A stretch of DNA of 64,000 nt from Eledone cirrhosa. Its lineage: Eukaryota. The stretch lies in the NCBI GenBank assembly GCA_964016885.1, contig OZ024742.1, positions 93,930,001 through 93,994,000 on the forward strand. Reading direction: 5' to 3'. The translations under genes were made by a program, and so were the position numbers. This document shows positions 54,446-64,000 of this stretch, in pieces; the stretch's first letter is position 1; the number at the start of each line of letters is the position of its first letter. The notes beneath the pieces are model-generated. The model was not told the origin of the DNA. It saw only the letters and a list, made by a program, of their open reading frames with translations, and searched no databases.

Positions 54446-55125
54446 CCATAATATGACAAGGAGGAGGCTAGCTCACTGTGTAGGATGTGTGGAGAGAGAG
54501 GAGACTGTGGCTCACATTGTATCCGAGTGTAAACACCTAGACCAGACTCACTATAAAGGCTGGAGACATGATGTGATAGGCAGGGTGATCCACTGGCATC
54601 TATGCAAAGTAAACAATTTACCACATTCTGAGAAATGGTATGAGCATAAGCCAGAGTCGGTGATAGAAAACGATCTGGTGAAGGTGCTATGGGATTTTAG
54701 GATACAGACGGACAAGAAATTAGAACACAATAGGCCTGACCTTGAGGTTTTAGACAAGGAAAAAAGATCGTGCCTGATGGTAGGTGTAGCCTGTCCATTT
54801 GACACGAGAGTGCAAGAAAAGGAGAGGGAGAAAATTAACCGATACCAGGAATTGGTGGGTGGTAAAAAGGATTTGAAAACTGCCATGAAATCAAGGTTGT
54901 CTCGATTGTCATAGGAGCACTAGGTACTATCTCAAAGAGTTTCCAAGGATGGTTAAAGAAATTTAGTCCAGCCTCGCTTTTTGGAACACTTCAAAAGGCA
55001 TGCCTGCTGGGAACAGCAAGAACCCTCCGATTCGTCCTTAATATCTGAGGCTGCAGGTAGTGGCTGGATATTCCTTTCAACAAACTTTCCAGTTAAATAA
55101 CATCAATGACTGAGACCCAAAGAAC
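54446..55125 (+). mobile_element. Dong/R4-like REL LINE, 3' fragment 1
   Basis: CCHC remnant, RHD, RPDL, KEREKINRY; bounded by (TAA)n. Confidence 0.85.
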
Positions 55126-55179
<54 letters not shown>

Positions 55180-55186
55180 TATAATA

Positions 55187-55790
55187 AAGTGTAAACACCT
55201 AGCCCAGAATCATTATAAGGGCTGGAGACATGATGTGATGGGCAGGGTGATCCACTGGCACCTATGCAAAGTAAACAATTTACCACATTCTGAGAAGTGG
55301 TATGAGCATAAGCCAGAGTCGGTGATAGAAAACGATCAGGTGAAGGTGCTGTGGGATTTTAGGATACAGACGGACAAGAAACTGGAACACAATAGACCTG
55401 ACCTGGTGGTTGTGGACAAAGAAAAAAGATCGCGCCTGATTGTGGATGTGGCCTGCCCATTCGACACGAGAGTGCAAGAGAAGGAGAGGGAGAAAATTAA
55501 CCGATACCACGACTTAAAGTGGGAGGTAAAAAGGATTTGGAACTGCCATGCAGTCAAAGTGATCCCGATTGTCATAGGCGCACTAGGGACTATCTCAAAA
55601 AGTTTCCAGGGATGGTTAAAGAAAATTGGCCCCTTCACGCTTTTTGGAACGCTTCAAATGGCATGCTTGCTGGGAACAGCAAGAACCCGCCGATACGTCC
55701 TGAATATCTGAGGCTGCAGGTAGTGGCTTGATATTCATTTCAACAAACTTTCCAGTTAACTAACATCAATGACTGAGACTCAAAGAATGA
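55187..55790 (+). mobile_element. Dong/R4-like REL LINE, 3' fragment 2
   Basis: RHD..RPDLVVVD..IVDVACP..KINRY..VIGALG. Confidence 0.85.
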
Positions 55791-55799
55791 TAATAATAA

Positions 55800-55842
<43 letters not shown>

Positions 55843-58510
55843 TTTTTCTGCCTGTTTGTTTGTTTGTTTATTTATGTTCGTCTACAGCGTGATAGTGCCA
55901 CCCAAAAATCACCGGGAGTGACGAAATCACCGGAGGTGATGAAATCACCGGTGGTTATGTAACCATACATTCACCAATCCTCGATAAGAGTGTTTAAATG
56001 TCGAACCTAAACAGTTCGAATAACGGTGAAGTGGAGACTAGAATGTCATGTGACAGACTCTCACCCAGCAGGTGCTCCCTAGCTCAGCAGCAGGGACCTG
56101 GCTGTCAACCAAATGCTGCTGGTGTCGGAGGAAGAAGAAGGAAAGGGACCAGAACCAACTGGACGAAAGAATTGAATAGAACTGTTATGCAATGTTACCT
56201 GAAGAGTAACCCGAAGGTGAAAGGCTATAGGAAACGGATGCATAACATCTGGAACGAGATTGGTCTATTTAAATTAGATGAACAAAAATTGGCCGGGCAG
56301 GCTCGGGTAATAAGAACTAATGGGTGGTTAAGCGAGCTGGAACTAGAGGAAATGAGCAGAGAGATTAGGTTGGAATGGGAGAGTGGAGTATGCCAGGCAA
56401 ACGAGCCAGTGGGAAATGAAGGTGAAGAGGTTGAGAGAACGGAGGAACCATCCGAAGCAGACAATGATCTGAATGCTGAAATAAATAATACCTGGAACAA
56501 AGATACGGCCATTGAGGAGATGAATGCTGACAGGCTAGGACAAGATTTGGTTGATATCCTAAACTTAGTGGTAGATGAATTGAACAATGATAGTGGGAAA
56601 CCTATGAACCTAAGATTTGTAGACGGGAAAAAGTTAAAAGAAACAACAGCTAAGGTAAACAAAGTCATCTCATACCTTGAGGCGAGGAGCCTTCACCAGT
56701 GCAACAGCAAATACAGTGAGGAAATTACTTTGTATAAAAGCGAAAGGAAACAACAAACAAGAAAGATCAGAACCTTGGTGGAAGAAACGACTGAGTGGTC
56801 CAATCAGGGAAATGAGAAATGACATTGGAAAGCTTGAGTCCCTACTGAATGCGACACTAAAAAACATAGACACTAAAAATAGACTGGAAATAAAGTAAAA
56901 AACTAGGAGGAAAAAGCTAAATATTATCATAGAGGAACTGAAGCAACGCATTGTAGCAAAGAGTGCAAAAATTAGGCGATACGAGAGCAGAGTCAATCAG
57001 TATAGACAGAACCGCATATTTGACAACAACCAGAAGATGCTGTTTGGACAGCTTGAAGGGAAAGAAAGAGGCAACGACTTGATCCCTGAGGCGGAACAAA
57101 CTAAAACATTCTGGAGAGGAATATGGGAGCAGGATGTTAAACATAATGACCAGGCAGTGTGGATTGAGATAGTACAGAAGGAGATTAGTGAACAGGCACA
57201 CCAACAAACTAATTAGAGTATCACAGTTGAAACTCTTAATGGGCAGGCCAAAAAACTAACCAACTAGAGATCGCCAGGCCCAGATGGTGTGCAGGGGTAT
57301 TGGATTAAAAATATAACATCCCTCCACCCGAAACTGACAACCATGTTCAATGACTGCTTGATGTCAGGTGAGGTACCAAAGTGGTTGACAAAAGGTACCA
57401 CAGTTCTGATAATGAAAGACCGAATCAAGGGTAATGATGTTACCAACTATAGACCTATCACATGTCTGTCCGTAATGTGGAAACTGTTGACAAGCATTGT
57501 GTTTGAGGAAATCTACCATCACCTCCACACAAACAACTTGTTACCGGACGAACAGAAAGGATGCCGAAAGTGACTGATGGTAAGGAGCCAATGCTCAGAA
57601 CTGTACTGAAGGAGAGGACAATAGACCAGGGTATGTCCAAGGAGGAAATAACAACAAGGAGAAAGAGCAGCCTTCAGGAAAAATCCCTTCATAGTACCTT
57701 CTTTGAGAAAACTGAATTCAGAGATCCACAGACATGGAACTGGTTGAAAAGAGGAGACCTTAAAAAGGCTACAGAAGGAATGCTAATGGCTGCGCAAGAG
57801 CAGGCCCTCAAAACGAAGTGGTTGAAACACCATATCTACAAGGAGGAGGCTAGCCCACTGTGCAGGATCTGTGGAGAGAGAGAGGAGATTGTGGCTCACA
57901 TTGTATCCGAGTGTAAACACCTAGCCCAGACCCACTATAAGGGCTGGAGACATGATGTGATGGGTAGGGTGATCCACTGGCACCTATGCAAAGTAAACAA
58001 TTTACCACATTCTGAGAAGTGGTATGAGCATAAGCCAGAGTCGGTGATAGAAAACGATAAGGTGAAGGTGCTGTGGGATTTTAGGATACAGACGGACAAG
58101 AAACTGGAACACAATAGACCTGACCTGGTGGATGTGGACAAAGAAAAAAGATCGTGCCTGATTGTGGATGTGGTCTGCCCATTCGACACGAGAGTGCAAG
58201 AGAAGGAGAGGGAGAAAATTAACCGATACCAGGATTTAAAGTGGGAGGTAAAAAGGATTTGGAACTGCCATGAAGTCAAAGTGTTCCCGATTGTCATAGG
58301 CGCACTAGGTACTATCTCAAAAAGTTTCCAGGGATGGTTAAAGAAAATTGGCCCCTTCACGCTTTTTGGAACGCTTCAAAGGCATGCTTGCTGGGAACAG
58401 CAAGAACCCTCCGATACGTCCTGAATATCTGAGGCTGCAGGTAGTGGCTTGATATTCATTTCAACAAACTTTCCAGTTAACTAACATCAATGACTGAGAC
58501 TCAAAGAATG
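55843..58510 (+). mobile_element. Dong/R4-like element with both ends but a deleted RT core
   Basis: 5'UTR, N-terminus (WTKELN..GYRKRM), SPGPDG, NYRPITCL, EQKGCRK joined directly to the post-RT region at about 57570; CRICGEREEIVAHIVSEC; REL domain. Confidence 0.88.
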
Positions 58511-58523
58511 ATAATAATAATAA

Positions 58524-58568
<45 letters not shown>

Positions 58569-58942
58569 CAACAACAATGATAATGGTCTTAAATGACATT
58601 AAAACCGCCCGCAGTCGTAATGGCTACACTCATTGCTATTTATCAATATAATAGCAAGGTGTCATAACAAACAGTGTAATAATAGCATTTGTCACGAATA
58701 TTAAAATTAATAACAGCGAAGATACTCATAAAATTCACTGTGATAGGGATAACGATGATAGCGATGACAGTGGTAGTATATTATAATAAAGAAATTAATA
58801 GTAACGAAAGTCGCAGTACTGGAAGTCTTGTAACAAAATATGACTAAATTATAATGATAAAAATTAAATATAGTTAAGGTAGTCATGATAAAAATGGTGA
58901 TTAAAGTCATAATTTTGTAGTGATGGTGATATTAATAATAAT

Positions 58943-59095
58943 AATTGTTTCTACGTTTTGGCACAAAGCCAGCAGTTACCCATAAGGATGAAAGGCAAAG
59001 TTAACCTCGGCGGGATTTGAACTCAGAATGGCAAGGGCCGTAATTCTATGTGTCAAAGCATATCGTCCGACCCTCTACCGATACTGCCAATCCAC
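58943..59095 (-). mobile_element. tRNA-derived SINE with internal deletion
   Basis: Matches the consensus. Confidence 0.9.
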
Positions 59096-59274
59096 CGCCC
59101 TTTAACAATAATAATGGTGATCATTGTAATAATGACAATAATAATAGCAGTAGTGGTCATAATCATCCTTATGATTTCAGTCACAACCATCAATAATGTA
59201 AAGTGGGTCGTAATAGGTGGAAGGATTAAAGGGGAAGGTGGATACTTAGTAAAGTAATAAATAGCCGATCTATC

Positions 59275-60760
59275 CTAGCATTCTGGATATAGAAATGGTT
59301 TATAATTTCTGTATGTTGTGTTGATTCTATGCACGCAATTCGGGCATCGTTCAGAGGGTTTGTTCAGGATGGGGCCCTTAGCCAATTCTATTTCGTAGCT
59401 CTCGGTGGTGCATAATCTACAGCACATATGTCCGTCCATGTACGAGTGTGCCTGCTGGAGTAACCTCCATCGCAGAGTAAAAGGAATATATTTCTTCTTT
59501 AGGTACCATATATGGGTGGTGAGTGCCATTTGGTTGGCCTTGTCTGGTCCTCTGATAATGTAGGTATGGGCGTATAACCGGGTCTTGAATTTGTTCGGTG
59601 TCATACTAATATGTGTTTCTTTTGGTGTGTTATGTAACGACATCGGATTTGTATACGATGCCGATCATCAAGCATTTATTGTCAAGTGAGGATTTGTCAC
59701 TCTTTGGGCAGTTCCACAGTTGCTCTCTCTTGCTGTGGGCTCTGGAAGTTGGGGACTTGTTCATTTTAGATACATCCAGGTTGGCTATGTTCTTGGCTAA
59801 GGTAGGTGTGGTTGAGTAAGAGAGCCTAATTGTGTTCTTATTGAGGATTATGTAGTATTTATGCTGTGTGGGAAAGTGCTCTTTTAGTAATCTGAAAAGG
59901 ATCTTAGCTACTGGCATGGACACTGCACCGTTAAAGGAAGGATAGAACCAGTTAATCTGTCTATACCTATTACTGTTAGGGGATCTGGGAGTGCTGTATA
60001 TGTAAGTAATTTTATGCTGCATGTTATGTCCTCGTTATAGTAGGGATTGGATCCTCTAAAAATGTATATTCCTAACTAGTTTATTTTCTATGTTTGTTGG
60101 CTGGTTTGAGCATATTTTTATGTATTTTAGGGATTCGCTTAGTTTGTGGTAGGGGTGGTAGAGGGAGGTGACTAAATCTCAAGTAACATCAAGGAAGTTT
60201 GCCCTAGTTATGTTTGACTCTGTTTTTATCTTCAAATCCAGATAACTAAATAGAGTGTGGAGGTTCTTCCTGAACCCAAAGTAATTCTAGGGTTAAATCT
60301 GTGCAAAACAAAAAGACAGTCGTCGTGATATAATCCTCTGGTAATTCCCCTGAACAGTTTCTTTAGATTTTGTAGGATGTATTGCCCCACAGGTTCACTA
60401 ATCTCCACCGAGTCGCTCACTCCCATACTAACATTGAAGTGGGGTGTTAGATTTCTTATTGATCCAGTAAGATCGTTCATGGTGCAGGAATGTTTTTTGT
60501 ACATGGAGGATCGCATCGTTCTCCTCGTCGGAAATTATGGTAAGTGTCTTAGCGAAAGACAGCGCATCCTGAAGCAGGGGCTCGATGATACCGACGTAAT
60601 ATTCTTCTAGATTGAGTTGTAGGAAACGGGTGTTGCACTTATCTGGAATATTCTGGAACCATATTATGACATTAGATGTTTTAGGAGTGGTGAGGCTCCT
60701 CGGACGATTGGAATGATCATGTCGAGGATCTTTTAATGATGGATCCAATATCTGAACATG
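59275..60760 (-). mobile_element. Degenerate Naiad-like PLE (RT + GIY-YIG)
   Basis: VIIWFQNIPDK, FNVSMGVSDSVEISEPVGQYIL, GLYHDD, EHFPTQHKYYIILNKNTIRLSYS, CRLCTTE..ILNKPSE..CVH. Confidence 0.85.
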
Positions 60761-61276
60761 TTGGCCTCATGAGCCGAACTGAGTGCTTTCTATGAAAGCT
60801 CAGGTTGTGGTTCTTGAGGGTGAAGTACGAAGGGTTTCGTCCGCTTGTCGATGTTCATATGTCATTAGTCTTCCTCCTCTTGAGCTTCTTCTTCTTCTTC
60901 TTTTTCTTCTTCTTCTTCCTGATCTTCATTTCTTGGTTCTTCTTTCTCTTCTTCTCCTTCGTCTTATTTTCCCCCTTGCTCTCCATCCCCGTCTTCCCTC
61001 TCCTCCCACACCCCATTTACTAAGTGACATTTCTCCTTTTCTCCTCTTCTCTTCTTCCCATCTACTACTATCGCCACCACCACCACCAGATACCTATATT
61101 ATTGGAGAGAATCTCCCCCCTCCCCAACTACCACAGGACAGACTCCTATATATAACTACAACTCATCAATTTTACCTGATATTCCTAATGATTTCATACG
61201 AATGAAACAGCTCTATTCGAGTTGCATAATTTCAACATATATATATATATATATATTCCTTTTGAATAATTTCGAC

Positions 61277-61349
<73 letters not shown>

Positions 61350-61509
61350 TATAGTGAGAGAGACGAGGGACAGATATGCATGTGTGTGTAAAGAAAAGTG
61401 TATATTAAAACAAGAAATAATATATACATACACCCAAACATATATATATATAAGTAAAATAAACCAAAAATATAGTAGGCTGCATGTATGTATACCCCCC
61501 TCCCCCACA

Positions 61510-61559
<50 letters not shown>

Positions 61560-61885
61560 TTCAGAAATTGTTACAATAATTTCGTAGAATTATATATAAT
61601 TCTATTTCTCTCTTTTGCAAAGCTGACCTTTGAAACACCAAAGAATTCTTAAATATTAACTCTCATGTCTGCTGCCTTCATGCAAAGACGGAAATGGCTC
61701 TACTGAGATTGAAACCTTTATTCTATGAACTCAACTTACGTGAACTCGTCGTCTTTCACAACTATTAACCTTTAGCAATATTTTTCTAATTTCAAAAATC
61801 GAGAAACGATTTTGCATACTTTTGCTAAATGTTTGGATTTATCGGTATGTATATGTATATATATGCTTATATTTATATGCGTGTA

Positions 61886-61961
<76 letters not shown>

Positions 61962-61963
61962 AA

Positions 61964-62037
61964 CAGATTAAAGTTTAAGCAAAGAATCGCTGCTTTCACC
62001 CTTAACGGGATCTTCTGAAACTAACAAAGTCAATCTG
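61964..62037 (-). ncRNA. Type I HHR with a U4-to-A core change
   Basis: cagattga..agttt CAGAAGA t ccc gttaa ggg t GAAA gca..tgc TT aaact ttaatctg. Confidence 0.65.
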
Positions 62038-62343
62038 TGAACGCAGAAGTAAATATTTCAAAAAACGTTGCAACCGAAGGAAGACAGGAAGACGATACTT
62101 TGGTTCTTGGAAAGGTTCCCTGTTAAAGAACGGGAAAAAACGAATATAATATGTCATTATTTGGAACGGTGAAAAACAATTACACGTAAAGACAAAACCA
62201 CATTTCAATATTTGCTCTGCGGTTATTATATATTTGATATATATTTATCCTTCTTTGGATTTTAGTCTTCAAATTTATTATTATTACTATATATATATAT
62301 ATATATTTGTGTGTGTGTGTGAATATATAAATGTATATATGTA

Positions 62344-62394
<51 letters not shown>

Positions 62395-62482
62395 TTGTGT
62401 CTGTGTGTATATATATATATATATATAAATTAATAAAAACAATGAAATAAACACAAAGAACATGTTCTTTATATTAAACAAA

Positions 62483-62618
62483 TCATCATTTTACGATCGT
62501 TTCTGGGATGTATATGTGTGTTGGTATGTATATCATATAGATCTATGTAAAAATATTACAAATTATCAGAGGAAATATACATACCTTCACATATACATGC
62601 CGTCCTCAGAAATGATGA
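62483..62618 (-). ncRNA. Type I HHR with about 100-nt stem II
   Basis: Inverted copy of 63749-63884 with an intact core. Confidence 0.85.
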
Positions 62619-63325
62619 GAAGTGTTTATTGAAAGAAACAAAGAATTAATATAAAGGGTCTGTTTGGGAACAGGTTTTGAATTGACCAATAGAAAAGGAG
62701 TTAGAAGTCAAGTTGATAGAATGACGGTAGTAGAAATTAAATCTAGGGGTATAGGAGTGCAGACTTATGCTTTGAATGAAAAGAATACTATCGAGATGAA
62801 ATGAGGTCAAGTCAAGAAGATAGTGAAGGGTACACGAAAGTTTGATGTTATTAAATAATATTGTTAAAAACGAAGGAAAATAAAATTTTAGGGTAATAAA
62901 AGATAAATATATGGAAAATATATTTATCTTTTATTTTTATTGCTTTAATTTCTTACTTCTTTATTTATCACATTCATATGAATTAATATAATTTTATCCC
63001 TGTAAGTATACCTATAAATTAATTTAAGTTCCTGTTATGTATTTAGATTTCTTGTAGTTTAAATAAAATTTGTATTTCTCACTAATACCCCTATCCCCAA
63101 ATTTTATTTTCCTTCGTTTTAACACCATTCTTTAATAACATCAAGTTTTTATTTATCACATTCATATGAAATAATATAACTTTATCCCTGTAAGTAAACG
63201 TATCAATTAATTTAATTTCTTGTTATATATCTAGATCCCTTGTGGGTTAAATAAGATAGGTATTTCTCACTAATACCCTTGCCCTAAAATTTTATTTTCC
63301 TTCGTTTTTAACAATATTATTTAAT

Positions 63326-63507
63326 GTGGATTGGCAGTATCTGTAGAGCGTCGGACGCCATGCTTTGCCGCATAGAGTTACGGCCCTTGCCATTCTGAGT
63401 TCAAATCCCTCCGAGGTTAACTTTGCCTTTCATCCTTACGGGGTCGATAAAATAAAGTACCAATAATGCACTGGGTAGTTGCTGGCCTTGTGCCAAAAGT
63501 TGAAACA
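63326..63507 (+). mobile_element. Full-length SINE with 10-bp TSD attatttaat
   Basis: TSD at 63316-63325 and 63508-63517; empty site in the left arm near 62850. Confidence 0.93.
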
Positions 63508-63748
63508 ATTATTTAATAACATCAAACTTTCGTGTACCCTTCACTATCTTCTTGACTTGACATCATTTCATCTCCATAGTATTCTGTTCATTCAAAGCAT
63601 AAGTCTGCACTCCTATACCCCTAGATTTATTTCTACTACAGTCATTCTATCAACTTGACCTCTAACTCCTTTTCTATGGGTCAATTCGAAACTTGTTCCC
63701 AAACAGACCCTTTATATTAATTCTTTGTTTTTTTTCAATAAACACATC

Positions 63749-63884
63749 TCATCATTTCTGAGGACGGCATGTATATGTGAAGGTATATATATTACCTCTG
63801 ATAATTTGTAATATTTTTACATAGATCTATATGATATACATACCAACACACATATACATCCCAGAAACGATCGTAAAATGATGA
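63749..63884 (+). ncRNA. Type I HHR with about 100-nt stem II
   Basis: tcatcattt CTGAGGA cggc atgtatatgtg...cacatatacat ccca GAAA cgatcg TA aaatgatga; 9-bp stem I. Confidence 0.85.
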
Positions 63885-64000
63885 TTTTTTTAATATAAAG
63901 AACTTGTTCTTTGTGTTTATTTCATTGTTTTTATTAATTTATCTTGACTCTGCTTTCCTATGATTTTTATCGTAAATGTTTGAATGCATCTTCTCTTTTC

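Larger units (their letters stand above)
62425..63942. mobile_element. Fold-back element with about 470-bp inverted arms, each carrying an HHR; about 185-bp tandem duplication in the spacer
   Basis: 62425-62893 versus 63282-63942 (including a SINE); direct repeats at about 62960-63140 and 63148-63325. Confidence 0.9.

Noticed and set aside
60765-60875. Partial HHR-like motifs at the PLE 5' end
   Set aside because: Core and stem I mismatches on both strands
1-64000. CRISPR array or prokaryotic operon/defence system
   Set aside because: No regularly spaced repeat-spacer array, and every RT and nuclease belongs to a eukaryotic transposon family

Overview
This is AT-rich eukaryotic DNA packed with microsatellites and transposons. 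The SINE/LINE repertoire and (TA)n density suggest an octopod cephalopod, which is inference only. I cannot support any intact host gene, and most short ORFs are microsatellite or antisense artefacts. The elements I can recognise are: (1) four degenerate Penelope-like elements (PLEs; one Neptune-like, three Naiad-like); (2) a near-intact 5'-truncated RTE LINE with a PHD-type finger inside its RT, plus older RTE relics; (3) a complete 4.5-kb hAT transposon with TIRs and an 8-bp TSD; (4) an 11-kb array inside a (TAA)n microsatellite, made of a SINE, Tx1/L1 elements and Dong/R4-like REL elements; (5) eight young and several old copies of a tRNA-derived SINE, and two MITEs. The main hidden signal, found by reading both strands, is about 14 type I hammerhead ribozyme (HHR) motifs from many unrelated sequence families. 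They mostly lie in short non-coding modules between (TA)n tracts. Several have very long (about 80-100 nt) stem II insertions, and several sit in inverted repeats whose junction falls inside the ribozyme core. All folds were worked out by eye and none has been tested computationally or experimentally.
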